From Candidatus Collierbacteria bacterium GW2011_GWB2_45_17 (GTDB lineage Bacteria; Patescibacteriota; Microgenomatia; UBA1400; MFAQ01), in assembly GCA_001001485.1 (NCBI GenBank), contig LCKO01000003.1, positions 223-64,222 of the forward strand: 64,000 nt of DNA, read 5' to 3'. The notes under the pieces were generated by a model, which was not told the origin of the DNA, ran no database searches, and saw nothing but the letters and a program-made list of their open reading frames with translations. Position numbers and translations under genes: made by a program. Position 1 is the first letter of the stretch. Every line of letters begins with the position of its first letter. Positions 48,110 through 57,959 of this stretch are shown piece after piece.

Positions 48110-49135
48110 ATGGCTATCTTACTGGGGATTTTAATCATCTCTTTTATAGTCCACGCTATTGCGATCGTTCCTTTTGTAAACTTTCTCTATCAGCTAAAGT
48201 TTTTTAAAAACCGAACTGCTGTTTCTCAAGAAAAGGACGACACAGCCTCTTCTCATATACGTTCAAAAGCCCTCACTCCGGAAGGGGGAGGACTACTTAT
48301 CTTAGTTATCACCAGTTTAATTTTTTCCTTTTGTATCCCGCTTCTGAAGCGGCTCGGTTTTGAGATTACTCACGTTTATCCCATAAACGACGAAATCAAC
48401 ATCATCTTTTTTACTTTTATTTCCTTTGGTCTTCTGGGATTATATGACGATATCGTTAAGTTTTTTGAGCTCGACAGGCAAGAAGGCTACACTGGGTTAA
48501 AAACCAGGTACAAATTTCTCATTCAAACAGTTCTTGGTCTGATCATTGGCGCCATGCTCTTTATTAATCTCGGTATCGACATCATTTACGTGCCCTTTCT
48601 GGGCGTTCTCCACTTTGGTATTTGGTTTATTCCGGTAGCCGCCTTTTTGGTGGTCACTTTTGCCAATGCCATCAATATTACCGATGGCATGGATGGCTTG
48701 GCCTCCGGCCTGCTGATGATCTCTTTATTTGGATTTCTGATTCTGTCCACCTCGATTCTGGACACTCCTCTCTCCATTTTTATCGCGCTCTGGTTGGGAG
48801 GTCTGATTGCCTTTCTTTACTTTAATGTTTTTCCGGCGCGTCTCTTCCTCGGAGACGTCGGAGCTTTGGCTTTTGGGGCTACTTTTGCCATGGTAGGGAT
48901 CTTGACCGGCAAAGTTATCGCCCTTATGATCATTGGTCTACCTTTTTTGATCGATGGTTTCAGTAGTTTGATTCAAATTTTATGGGTCAAAATCTTCCAT
49001 CGCCGGATATTACCCATCGCCCCACTTCACTATCTACTTTTAAAAATTGGTTGGTCGGAACCAAAAATAGTTCAAAGAGCCTGGCTCGTCGGCATCATGC
49101 TCGTTGTTTTTGGAATCTGGCTCTCCATTATTTAG
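48110..49135 (+). CDS. mraY: Phospho-N-acetylmuramoyl-pentapeptide transferase
   Basis: ANAINITDGMDGLASG and the polytopic pattern of the MraY family. Confidence 0.85.
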   Translation: MAILLGILIISFIVHAIAIVPFVNFLYQLKFFKNRTAVSQEKDDTASSHIRSKALTPEGGGLLILVITSLIFSFCIPLLKRLGFEITHVYPINDEINIIFFTFISFGLLGLYDDIVKFFELDRQEGYTGLKTRYKFLIQTVLGLIIGAMLFINLGIDIIYVPFLGVLHFGIWFIPVAAFLVVTFANAINITDGMDGLASGLLMISLFGFLILSTSILDTPLSIFIALWLGGLIAFLYFNVFPARLFLGDVGALAFGATFAMVGILTGKVIALMIIGLPFLIDGFSSLIQILWVKIFHRRILPIAPLHYLLLKIGWSEPKIVQRAWLVGIMLVVFGIWLSII

Positions 49136-49137
49136 AC

Positions 49138-50214
49138 ATGAAGCGAGGCTTTATTTCTAATCGACTACCACTTTCCATACTACTTTCCGGTATTTTGGTC
49201 GCCTGTTTTGGGTTACTAGCCATTTTTGACGCTTCGGTCATCGACGCTTACCGTACCTTTGATGACAAGTTTCATTATGTCAAACAGCAATCTCTTTGGC
49301 TCGGTCTTGGAATCCTAGTGGCTTTGATCACGGCTAACATCCCCATTTCTTGGCTCAAAAAAAATTCCGTCATTCTTTATGGATTTACCCTTATTCTGAT
49401 GCTTATTGTTCTGATACCTGGTCTTGGCACCAAACTGCAGGGAGCCAGGAGATGGCTCATTTTTGGACCGCTGATATTTCAACCTTCGGAACTGCTCAAA
49501 ATTACTCTGGCTATCTATTTGGCCAGGTGGTTGGAACAGGGGAGAGAGTTTAAGCATTTTTTGGGTATTCTAGCCTTAAACCTCACCTTGATCATGTTAC
49601 AGCCGGATCTGGGGACTGCGATCATCACTGTCGGCATGGCTTTTATGATTTACTACCTCTCAGGCGCCAAAATAAAAGAAATCATTGCTTTTAGTTTGAT
49701 TCTTTTGGTAGCCATCAGTGGGCTTATCTTTGCTTCTCCATATCGGCTTACCCGAGTGCAAACTTTTATGGATCCAACTCAAGATCCTCTAGGAGCTTCT
49801 TATCACATCAATCAGGTTCTCTACGGCCTTGGTTCTGGGGGCCTATACGGAGTCGGTCTTGGTCGGTCGCGCCAGAAATATGCCTATCTGCCCGAAGCGA
49901 CGACGGACTCCATTTTTGTCATCATCGCCGAAGAGTTTGGCTTTTTCGGCAGTACCTTACTTATTTTATTGCTGGTCGGTCTTCTAACCGCTTCTCTTAA
50001 AGTGGCCAAGGCCGTCGAAGATAAATTTGATAAACTATTGGCCAGTGGCATCTCATTATTATTTTTAATACAAATTTTGGTAAATTTAAGCTCCATGGTG
50101 GCTCTCACCCCTCTCACCGGTGTACCCTTACCGTTTATCTCTTACGGTGGCTCATCTTTAGTGACCAATTTTATTGCCTTGGGACTCTTGATTAATATTT
50201 CCAAACGCGCATGA
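49138..50214 (+). CDS. ftsW: SEDS-family peptidoglycan glycosyltransferase FtsW
   Basis: ATG at 49138 directly after the mraY stop. The track ORF from 48982 is an upstream in-frame extension overlapping mraY. SEDS blocks QPDLGTAIIT..., ...GVPLPFISYGGSSL... Confidence 0.8.
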   Translation: MKRGFISNRLPLSILLSGILVACFGLLAIFDASVIDAYRTFDDKFHYVKQQSLWLGLGILVALITANIPISWLKKNSVILYGFTLILMLIVLIPGLGTKLQGARRWLIFGPLIFQPSELLKITLAIYLARWLEQGREFKHFLGILALNLTLIMLQPDLGTAIITVGMAFMIYYLSGAKIKEIIAFSLILLVAISGLIFASPYRLTRVQTFMDPTQDPLGASYHINQVLYGLGSGGLYGVGLGRSRQKYAYLPEATTDSIFVIIAEEFGFFGSTLLILLLVGLLTASLKVAKAVEDKFDKLLASGISLLFLIQILVNLSSMVALTPLTGVPLPFISYGGSSLVTNFIALGLLINISKRA

Positions 50215-51281
50215 ATAAGCTCATCATCTTCACCGGTGGACATCACAACAGCGCTCTCGAAGTAGCCAAACTCCTTCAGAAAGATGGCTACCGAATTATC
50301 TGGATCGGTCATAAATTTACTGCCAAAGGAGAAAAAAGCCTCTCGGCCGAGTTCCAGGAAATCACCCGTGCCGGTATCAAGTTTTTGGAACTAAAAACAG
50401 GTAAATTTTATCGGAAAACCGATCCCTTAGAGTGGTTCAAAATTATTTTCGGTTTCTTCCAGTCTTTTCTTTATTTACTCACCTACCGCCCGGCCATGAT
50501 TTTTTCTTCCGGTGGCTATCTTTCGGTTCCGGTGGTAATCTCGGGCTGGTTTTTGAGGATTCCTTCAATCACTCACGAACAAACCGTCGTCGCCGGCTGG
50601 GCCAACAAGGCCATCGCTCCTTTTGTTAAAAAAATTCTTTTGACACACGCTTCTTCAATTGGAAATTTTCCCAAAGATAAGTCCGAAGTGGTCGGCTTAC
50701 CTGTCAGGCAAGAGCTTCTAAATCATAAGCACCTCAAAAAGTTTGAGCCAAAACTTCTATATGTAACCTGTGGTAAACAAGGTTCTCACCTTATCAATCA
50801 AGCTTTGTTCCCCATAATTCCCCAGTTAATCAAAAAGTTTACCGTGGTTCACCAAACCGGTTCCAGTACTTTAACCGGAGATCTGGATCGTGCCCGAAGA
50901 ATAAAAAATAAGTTGGGTGAAGAAGGTGACCGTTATATTTTCGCACCTTACTTCTTTGCTGAATCTGCCGTCACCTACATTCGTTCCGCCTCCGTGATTG
51001 TCAGTCGTGCCGGTGCTCATATCGTCTATGAACTCTTACTCCTCGCCAAGAAAGCCGTCCTGATTCCCATTTCTTGGGTTTCCCACAACGAACAACGGTT
51101 AAACGCTCAGTTGGCCCAGGCACAAATTGGCAGTCATATCTTGGAAGAAAAAGACTTAACTCCTGATAGTCTCTATCAGAGCATTTTAGACCTAGCCAAA
51201 AAGCCGAGTCTCAAACCTACTATTAAACTGAGTACCCATGCTACAGAAGAGATTGCGAACGCCATTCGACAGTCCATTTAA
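50211..51281 (+). CDS. murG: Lipid II synthase MurG (GT28)
   Basis: MNKLIIFTGGHHNSALEVAK... with the G-rich loop; ATGA overlap with ftsW; C-terminal GT28 domain. Confidence 0.8.
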   Translation: MNKLIIFTGGHHNSALEVAKLLQKDGYRIIWIGHKFTAKGEKSLSAEFQEITRAGIKFLELKTGKFYRKTDPLEWFKIIFGFFQSFLYLLTYRPAMIFSSGGYLSVPVVISGWFLRIPSITHEQTVVAGWANKAIAPFVKKILLTHASSIGNFPKDKSEVVGLPVRQELLNHKHLKKFEPKLLYVTCGKQGSHLINQALFPIIPQLIKKFTVVHQTGSSTLTGDLDRARRIKNKLGEEGDRYIFAPYFFAESAVTYIRSASVIVSRAGAHIVYELLLLAKKAVLIPISWVSHNEQRLNAQLAQAQIGSHILEEKDLTPDSLYQSILDLAKKPSLKPTIKLSTHATEEIANAIRQSI

Positions 51282-52041
51282 CCGGCTTGGTAGATTATTG
51301 AGGAGACTTTTGCCTCTATTTATTTTATTTCTATTTATTTTTTTGGCTAACAATTTATTTACCGTTCGAAAAATTGAGTGCGTTTTTAATAACGACGCTT
51401 GCTCGTCGGCAGTCTTCGAGAAGTTAAATAAATATCTAGGTTCAAATGTACTTCTCATAAATCAAAAGGATATCAGTTCGTCCATCAACTCCCTCTTATC
51501 GGTCGAAAATATTAAGATTGGTTTTAAAGTATTTAACACCCTCAGTCTTAGATTAAATGGTCGTCTGGTCTCACTCAACGCCCAGGTTTCTCTGACCCAA
51601 GAACTGCCAAGACTAAGCCTTGATGATGTTTCTCTATCCAGTGATTCGGCCGAGTTTATCAAGCCAACCGAGGAAATTAATCAGTTTAATAAAACGGTGA
51701 ACTTTTCGAACTTCGAGATCTGGGACAATGGTCTTATGTCTCCTGTAGCCTCCGCAGAATCAAAGATAAAATATTTGTTTACCGAAAAGCCCACCGTCCA
51801 AACCGTTAAATCCGTTTATGCGCTGGTAAAGCTGGTCGAAAAGTATCTTAACGCGGATCAAATCATGATCCTGAACCAAAAAATTTTCTTGAGGCAGGCG
51901 AACCAACCTGATATCATTGTAAATATCCCTTTTGACGAGGATAATCTGGTGCAGGCATTGCAATCGTATGAATATCTGACTACTATTAAAAAAGATACCA
52001 AAGTCATCGATTTAAGATTTAAAAATCCTATACTAAGATAA
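51238..52041 (+). CDS. ftsQ: FtsQ/DivIB-like cell-division protein (short cytoplasmic tail, TM, POTRA-like region); start uncertain
   Basis: Position between murG and ftsA; RLLRRLLPLFILFLFIFLANNLF TM followed by a beta-rich periplasmic domain. Confidence 0.5.
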   Translation: MLQKRLRTPFDSPFNRLGRLLRRLLPLFILFLFIFLANNLFTVRKIECVFNNDACSSAVFEKLNKYLGSNVLLINQKDISSSINSLLSVENIKIGFKVFNTLSLRLNGRLVSLNAQVSLTQELPRLSLDDVSLSSDSAEFIKPTEEINQFNKTVNFSNFEIWDNGLMSPVASAESKIKYLFTEKPTVQTVKSVYALVKLVEKYLNADQIMILNQKIFLRQANQPDIIVNIPFDEDNLVQALQSYEYLTTIKKDTKVIDLRFKNPILR

Positions 52042-52042
52042 T

Positions 52043-53317
52043 ATGGCCAAAATACAGAGTATCAATGCTATCGATATAGGTTCCAGCAAGATTACTTGTC
52101 TAATTACTAACCCCTCCCAAGATGGCGTCAAAATTAACGTCGTCGGTGTCGCCACGGTCCCAAGCCGCGGCGTTCGTAAGGGACAAATTGTGAACATCGA
52201 AGAGTGCGTTGGTGCCATTACCGACTGCGTCGAGTCTGCCGAACGGATGTCCGGTCTCGGGGTAGACTCAGCCTTTGTTTCTATTTCCGGGGAACACATT
52301 GGTTCTCAAAACTCCCACGGACTGGTCGCCATTCGCGAAACCGACGAAGAAATCTCAGCAGACGATGTTTTTCGGGTCATCGAAGCCGCTAGAGCTGTCT
52401 CCTTGCCCAGTTCCAGAGAGATAATTCATGTGCTACCCAGTGAATTTGTGGTCGATAGTCAGCGCGGTATCAAAGACCCCACTGGTATGTCCGGAGTGCG
52501 TTTGGAAACAGAGGCTCATCTGATCACCGGTCTCTCTCCAGCCATCAAGAATGTCACCCGCTGTGTCAGTGAATTGGGAGTCAGTGTGGTCGGCTTGGTT
52601 TTTACCGGACTGGCTTCTGCTGAGGCTGTTCTCACCGAAACCGATAAAGAGCTTGGAGTCGCGTTGGTTGACATCGGTGGGGGGACAACCAGTATTTGTA
52701 TCTACTTGGAAGGTTCTTGCGTTTACTCGGCCGTTATCCCGGTTGGTGCCAAAAAAATTAGTGATGATATTGCCATTGGTCTGCAGGTAAGTGTCGATAG
52801 TGCTGAAAAAATAAAACATTATGTGAGTAAGCCAAAAGTGGCTAGAGATGAGGATGATCAGAAAACTGTCGATGATATTGATCTCACCAAACTTGGTCTC
52901 AGCGAGGATGTCAAAAAAGTTTCCCGAAAAACTATTGTCGAAGGCATTATCCGTCCCAGACTCAACGAGATTTTTGCTATGGTTGGCCAGGTGATCAAAC
53001 AGTCCGGTTACGAAGACCAAACTCCGGCTGGAGTCGTCCTTACCGGAGGCGGATCTCTGACGGTGAACTGTACCGAAGCCTGTCGTCGAGTTCTGCAACT
53101 TCCCGCCAAAATTGGCTTGCCAACAGGTCTCTCCGGTATGATCGAAGAAATCTCCACCCCGTCAGCTACTGCCGCGGTCGGACTTATTATCTATGGATAC
53201 CGTCGGAAAGATGAAATGACCCCTTCAGGATTTAATCTCTCTGGTATGATAAAGGGAATTCCCGGCAAACAGCTTGCCGGCCGGGTTGTCGAATTTATAA
53301 AATCCTTTTTACCATAA
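52043..53317 (+). CDS. ftsA: Cell-division protein FtsA
   Basis: [13 protein letters not shown]..., ...[10 protein letters not shown]... actin-fold phosphate motifs. Confidence 0.85.
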   Translation: MAKIQSINAIDIGSSKITCLITNPSQDGVKINVVGVATVPSRGVRKGQIVNIEECVGAITDCVESAERMSGLGVDSAFVSISGEHIGSQNSHGLVAIRETDEEISADDVFRVIEAARAVSLPSSREIIHVLPSEFVVDSQRGIKDPTGMSGVRLETEAHLITGLSPAIKNVTRCVSELGVSVVGLVFTGLASAEAVLTETDKELGVALVDIGGGTTSICIYLEGSCVYSAVIPVGAKKISDDIAIGLQVSVDSAEKIKHYVSKPKVARDEDDQKTVDDIDLTKLGLSEDVKKVSRKTIVEGIIRPRLNEIFAMVGQVIKQSGYEDQTPAGVVLTGGGSLTVNCTEACRRVLQLPAKIGLPTGLSGMIEEISTPSATAAVGLIIYGYRRKDEMTPSGFNLSGMIKGIPGKQLAGRVVEFIKSFLP

Positions 53318-53321
53318 AAAA

Positions 53322-54500
53322 GTGGGTCTCGTAAAACCAGATACAAATACTTTTGCCAAGATCAAAGTTCTTGGAGTCGGGGGAGGCGGCAACAACGCCG
53401 TCAACTCCATGATTTCCTCAGGCAAAATCAAAGGAGTCGAGTTTATTGCTATTAATACCGACATGCAGGCTCTTCTGGCCAGCAATGCCGATATCAAACT
53501 CCAAATAGGGGAGAAAAGCACCAAAGGTTTGGGATCGGGATCCAATCCTGAAGTCGGTCAAATGGCCGCCGAAGAGTCGCGGGAGAGAATCAAGGATGTT
53601 CTCATGGGGGCTGATATGGTTTTTATCACCGCTGGAGAAGGTGGGGGTACCGGTACAGGAGCCGCTCCCATCATTGCCGAGATTGCCAAAAAAGATGTCG
53701 GCGCTCTCACCGTCGCCGTCGTTACCAAGCCTTTCCTCTTTGAGGGTGCCCGCCGTCGTGTTCAAGCCGAAGAAGGCATCGAAAAACTCAAAGAAAATGT
53801 GGACACTTTGATCGTCATTCCCAATCAGCGTTTAATGGATGTCATTAAAAAAGATCAAACCCTTTTGGAAGCCTTCAAAACGGCCGATTCGATTCTGGGC
53901 CAAGGGGTTCAGAGTATTTCCGACTTGATTACCATGCCAGGACTCATCAATGTTGATTTTGCCGATGTTAAAACTGTTATGGCCAACGCCGGTTCGGCTC
54001 TCATGGGTATTGGTCGTGCCAGTGGAGAAAAAAGGGCTCTCATCGCCGCAAACGCCGCTGTCAGCTCACCTCTTCTGGAAGTCAGCATAGAAGGGGCCAA
54101 GGGTATTTTATTTAACATTACCGGAGGCAAGAGTTTGACCATGAACGAGGTAAACGACGCGGCCACCATCATTACCCAGTCGGCCGATCCCGATGCAAAC
54201 ATTATTTTTGGTGCCACTATTCGAGAAGATTTGGGGGATGATATTCAAATTTCGGTCATCGCCGCCGGCTTCGACAGTATTCGTCACTTTGCTCCTTCCC
54301 AGTCAGTCACCACTTACTTCAAACCAGCCGGACTGGAGCCGGTTCAGTCTTCTCCACCCGTCATTGCGAGTCTCGTACCCGAGCCGAAGCAATCTAACTC
54401 CACTCTGCCCAAATCGATCGGCAAGTACAAGCTTGAGCACGACGAGGTCGACATCGAAGACGATCTCGACATCCCCACCTTCCTCCGCAACAAATCCTAA
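53322..54500 (+). CDS. ftsZ: Cell-division GTPase FtsZ
   Basis: [27 protein letters not shown] (tubulin signature), NxDxA; GTG start. Confidence 0.9.
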   Translation: MGLVKPDTNTFAKIKVLGVGGGGNNAVNSMISSGKIKGVEFIAINTDMQALLASNADIKLQIGEKSTKGLGSGSNPEVGQMAAEESRERIKDVLMGADMVFITAGEGGGTGTGAAPIIAEIAKKDVGALTVAVVTKPFLFEGARRRVQAEEGIEKLKENVDTLIVIPNQRLMDVIKKDQTLLEAFKTADSILGQGVQSISDLITMPGLINVDFADVKTVMANAGSALMGIGRASGEKRALIAANAAVSSPLLEVSIEGAKGILFNITGGKSLTMNEVNDAATIITQSADPDANIIFGATIREDLGDDIQISVIAAGFDSIRHFAPSQSVTTYFKPAGLEPVQSSPPVIASLVPEPKQSNSTLPKSIGKYKLEHDEVDIEDDLDIPTFLRNKS

Positions 54501-54542
54501 ATCGGCTATAATACCCCGTAATCGTCTTGCTCGTTAAATTTT

Positions 54543-55100
54543 TTGTGGAGGAGGTGTGCGGTGTCAAGAGTCACCACTTTTGAAGGTCATGGAATCTCGG
54601 CCATCGTAGGCAACATCGTCTTGGCCGTTATTCCGTTGATTTTTATTTTTTTGGCGGAATTTTCTATCGGCATTGGAGTTCACTGGGTGTTTCTTGTTAT
54701 CTGTACCTTTTCTATCATTCTGTTTCCCCATCAAACCTATCTTTTTTTTGAAGCAAAGCACCTGATTGACAAAAACGGTCTCGTTGACAATCTCAATCTC
54801 ACCAAAGTAGCTGTCTTTGGTAGCTTGAGCCTGCTCGGGCTCGCTCTTCAGGTGATAACACTCATTCGGCTAATTAACCTCTTTAATTTTGGAATCTACG
54901 GCTCCTTGGCTGTCATCCCTTTGTCACTGGTGGCTTCTCTTGGTGCCTGTCTGGGGCTCACCGACTTGTCGCTGTTTCAAGGTTTTTGGCCTCCATTGCT
55001 ATTTAAACATCTCAAATTGGTATTCAAAAACTCTGACCTCACAGCTCTCTGTTTGGGAACCACCATCCTTCTTGCTCTCTTAATCTTACTATTTCTTTAA
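54543..55100 (+). CDS. Hypothetical polytopic membrane protein
   Basis: Several hydrophobic helices; no motif recognised. Confidence 0.3.
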   Translation: MWRRCAVSRVTTFEGHGISAIVGNIVLAVIPLIFIFLAEFSIGIGVHWVFLVICTFSIILFPHQTYLFFEAKHLIDKNGLVDNLNLTKVAVFGSLSLLGLALQVITLIRLINLFNFGIYGSLAVIPLSLVASLGACLGLTDLSLFQGFWPPLLFKHLKLVFKNSDLTALCLGTTILLALLILLFL

Positions 55101-55178
55101 TCGCGTTTTTTTATCGCTCTCTACCATGAGGGCGATTTTTACCCAAATTGAGCATTCTGTGCGAACAACCCTATAGTA

Positions 55179-55207
55179 TTGACTTTTAGAGGTATTTGTG
55201 GTATATT
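55179..55207 (+). promoter_or_regulatory. Near-consensus sigma70 promoter TTGACT-17-TATATT
   Basis: ttgact at 55179-55184, a 17-nt spacer, tatatt at 55202-55207; about 75 nt upstream of a strong SD plus ATG at 55283. Confidence 0.55.
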
Positions 55208-55282
55208 CCACGAAGTAAGTAATTCATTCAACTGAGGCTATCTAACTTCAGATCTTAGTTCTTTAAAACAAGGAGAAACCCC

Positions 55283-55714
55283 ATGTCATTCGTAGACGTA
55301 CTTAATTTGGTATTGGCTTTTTTTGTGGCTAATGCCGTGTGTGCGATTATCCCCATTATCCTAAGCGTTGCTCTCTTGGTTGTAGCTTTTATTAACTATT
55401 CCATGAAAGAGCGCAAATCTCTGAAGAAGTTCAAGGTGACCAAACTTCGTGACTATCGCTATGTTTCCCAGTCTCGGTTTATCATTACACTTCTGAAGTG
55501 TGCGGAAATCGATCATGTTGTAAAAAATAAACCTGAGTGGGCAACTGATGGAGTTTTTGTTTTGCGCCAGATTGCGAGCAAGCCCGAAGACGTCGGAGCT
55601 GTTGAGCTCGATGGCCGTGTAAGTTACACGCTCGACCGTTGGTGCAATGAGGCAGACAGCATTAATGCTCGTACGATACGTTTTGACCCCACCACAGTTG
55701 TGGAAGTGAAGTAA
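55283..55714 (+). CDS. Hypothetical protein, N-terminal membrane anchor (143 aa)
   Basis: Strong SD (aaggagaaacccc ATG), TM AFFVANAVCAIIPIILSVALLVVAF, soluble C-terminal domain of unknown family. Confidence 0.4.
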   Translation: MSFVDVLNLVLAFFVANAVCAIIPIILSVALLVVAFINYSMKERKSLKKFKVTKLRDYRYVSQSRFIITLLKCAEIDHVVKNKPEWATDGVFVLRQIASKPEDVGAVELDGRVSYTLDRWCNEADSINARTIRFDPTTVVEVK

Positions 55715-55735
55715 CTCTTCAAAAAGGAGAAAGCT

Positions 55736-55933
55736 ATGTCCGAGAAATACGAATGGCAGGAATTACCATCAATTGTTTATGGTAATGGTAACGACGAACC
55801 TGTGCGGGAAGGCGAGATTGAACTTAACCATTGCCCTCATGCAGGTGACTACATTGAAGTGGGTGATGGTGACCAGCTTCGTGTTTCCAAAGTGGTTCAT
55901 CGTACTGGAAAACCAGTTTTGTTAGTTTGTTAA
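55736..55933 (+). CDS. Hypothetical small acidic protein (65 aa)
   Basis: Strong SD (aaaggagaaagct ATG); contains ...HCPHAGDYIEVGDGD...; no family recognised. Confidence 0.4.
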   Translation: MSEKYEWQELPSIVYGNGNDEPVREGEIELNHCPHAGDYIEVGDGDQLRVSKVVHRTGKPVLLVC

Positions 55934-55949
55934 ACAAGCAATGTTATTT

Positions 55950-55990
55950 AACTCCCACACCAGTTCTCTGGCTAGGGAGTTTTTTTATTG
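55950..55990 (+). terminator. Rho-independent terminator (aactccc ... gggagtt plus a T7 run)
   Basis: 7-bp perfect stem with an about 18-nt loop, followed by ttttttt at 55981-55987. Confidence 0.55.
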
Positions 55991-56029
55991 GCAAAAATTA
56001 AATTTGACAACCACGTCTATAATCAAGCT

Positions 56030-56335
56030 ATGAATAAAAATCCGCTTGTGAATGCCCTCTTGGCGTTTTTATATATTTGCCTTTTGGTTTTTGTCATGAC
56101 CTGGGGAACAAAATTCATCCCCGGTCCCGACCCCGTCGTTATGCCGGTGGTCATGCTTAGCCTCTTTACCTTTTCTGCCGCTGTCATGGGTTATTTGTTT
56201 TGTCTACAACCACTCCAGCTTTATCTTGATGGCCACAAAAAGTCTGCCATCCGCCTATTCGTCCAAACCGTAGGCATTTTTGGCAGTATTACTTTACTGA
56301 TGTTAGTTCTCCTTTTCTCCGGCCTCACCTCCTAG
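56030..56335 (+). CDS. Hypothetical small membrane protein
   Basis: ATG at 56030 (MNKNPLV...) is preferred over the TTG at 55988, which lies inside the terminator; three predicted TM helices. Confidence 0.35.
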   Translation: MNKNPLVNALLAFLYICLLVFVMTWGTKFIPGPDPVVMPVVMLSLFTFSAAVMGYLFCLQPLQLYLDGHKKSAIRLFVQTVGIFGSITLLMLVLLFSGLTS

Positions 56336-56488
56336 TCACTTGATTATTCGGATTATATTTGGTTTAATAAAGGTATTCGGCTATTATTCGGTATCGTCAT
56401 CGCGAGGTCGCCTAGGCGACCGTGGCGATCCAAAAAAACATGGATTGCCACAGCTCGAATACGAGATTCGCAATGACATAAAACTAAA

Positions 56489-56749
56489 ATGATCCAAAAA
56501 ATATCCGCCCCAATTTCCGTTGATTTACTCTACGATCATCGCAAACACACAGTTGTTCCTCGTCAGATTTTCTGGGACGGGAAAAACCTGCGGGTTGATC
56601 AGGTCGGTCTGCACCACACCTTCCGCGAGGGTCGTACTCTCTTTCATATTTTCTCTGTTGTCTCTCAAGGACTTTCTTTTCGGTTACGTCTCAATACCGA
56701 TTCATTATTTTGGACCTTAGAAGAACTCTCCGATGGGCTTGCCAATTAA
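56489..56749 (+). CDS. Hypothetical 86-aa protein translationally coupled (17-nt overlap) to the Y-family polymerase gene
   Basis: ORF overlaps the dinB-like start; no family recognised by eye. Confidence 0.35.
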   Translation: MIQKISAPISVDLLYDHRKHTVVPRQIFWDGKNLRVDQVGLHHTFREGRTLFHIFSVVSQGLSFRLRLNTDSLFWTLEELSDGLAN

Positions 56750-57959
56750 ACCAGACTTCAACTCTTCTCCTTCTACAGTGATGCACATTGATCTCAATTC
56801 TTGCTTTGCCACCATCGAACAGCAAGCCAATCCATTTCTTCGTGATAAGCCCATTGTCGTCGCCGCTTACGACACTCCGAACGGCTGTATCGTCGCTCCT
56901 TCCGTTCAAGCCAAAAAACTAGGTATCAAGGTCGGTATGAGGGTTAAGGATGCTCGTCTTCTCTGTCCTGATTTGATTGTTCTTTCTCCGGACCCAGACA
57001 AATATAGAGCCGTCCATCTCAGTCTAAAAAAAATTCTTTCTACTTACACTCCGACAGTGTCTCCCAAATCTATCGATGAGTTCGTTCTTGATTTTACCGG
57101 TACTCCGGGACTCCAGCGTGGTCTAATGATTATTAGTCAAGAAATAAAAAGTCGTATCAAAAAAGAAGTCGGGGATTATCTGACGGTTTCCATTGGTTTA
57201 GGCCCCAATAGATTTCTGGCCAAAACAGCCAGCAATCTCCATAAGCCGAATGGCTTGGATGAAATTAACAAAGATAACTATCTGGAGATTTACAAGGGTC
57301 TTACACTTACCGATCTCAACGGTATTGCGCATCAGAACGCCATTCGTCTAAATACGGTGGGAATCTATACCGTTTTGGACTTCTTTCGGGCTGATTTGAG
57401 GACTCTTCGCATGGCTTTTCGGTCGGTCTTGGGCTATTACTGGTTTGTCCGGCTTCGTGGTTGGGAAGTGGACGACGTTGAGTGGGGAGTCAAAAGCTTC
57501 GGCCACTCCTACTCTCTTCCCAAATTTCTCACCAAGCCGGAAGATCTTGCTCCCTTACTTTCCAAACTGGTCGAAAAAGTCGGTTTTCGTCTGCGAGGTG
57601 CCGGCTTTCAGGCTAGGGGTGTTCATTTAGGATTACTTTTTAGGGATAATGAGTACTGGCACCGGGGACTAAGTCTCGACCAACCTATTTTCCAGAGTCA
57701 GGATATTTATCGCGTCGCTTATCGTCTTCTTTATCGCTCTCCTTATCACTTACCGGTCCGCAACATGGCAGTCTCGTGTTTTAATCTTTCACCTAAGACC
57801 ATTCTTCAGCTTGGTCTTTTTGAAGATCGTTTAAAAAAAGAGTCGTTAGTCAAAGCCATTGACGACATCAACCATCGTTGGGGAAACTTTGTCATCACTC
57901 CGGCCACCATGGTCAACACCAACGATGTGATCTGCGACCGCATTAGCTTCGGAAGATGA
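56733..57959 (+). CDS. dinB: Y-family DNA polymerase (DinB/Pol IV-like)
   Basis: MHIDLNSCFATIEQQANPFLRDKPIVVAA (catalytic DxxxF...E region), SIDEFVLDF, little-finger C-terminal domain. Confidence 0.8.
   Translation: MGLPIKPDFNSSPSTVMHIDLNSCFATIEQQANPFLRDKPIVVAAYDTPNGCIVAPSVQAKKLGIKVGMRVKDARLLCPDLIVLSPDPDKYRAVHLSLKKILSTYTPTVSPKSIDEFVLDFTGTPGLQRGLMIISQEIKSRIKKEVGDYLTVSIGLGPNRFLAKTASNLHKPNGLDEINKDNYLEIYKGLTLTDLNGIAHQNAIRLNTVGIYTVLDFFRADLRTLRMAFRSVLGYYWFVRLRGWEVDDVEWGVKSFGHSYSLPKFLTKPEDLAPLLSKLVEKVGFRLRGAGFQARGVHLGLLFRDNEYWHRGLSLDQPIFQSQDIYRVAYRLLYRSPYHLPVRNMAVSCFNLSPKTILQLGLFEDRLKKESLVKAIDDINHRWGNFVITPATMVNTNDVICDRISFGR

Noticed and set aside
48982-49137. N-terminal 52 codons of the 48982-50214 ORF
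   Set aside because: They overlap the 3' end of mraY in another frame. The ATG at 49138 immediately after the mraY stop gives a canonical FtsW N-terminus.
55988-56029. TTG start at 55988 for the small membrane protein
   Set aside because: The TTG lies within the terminator's T-run. The in-frame ATG at 56030 is the more plausible start.
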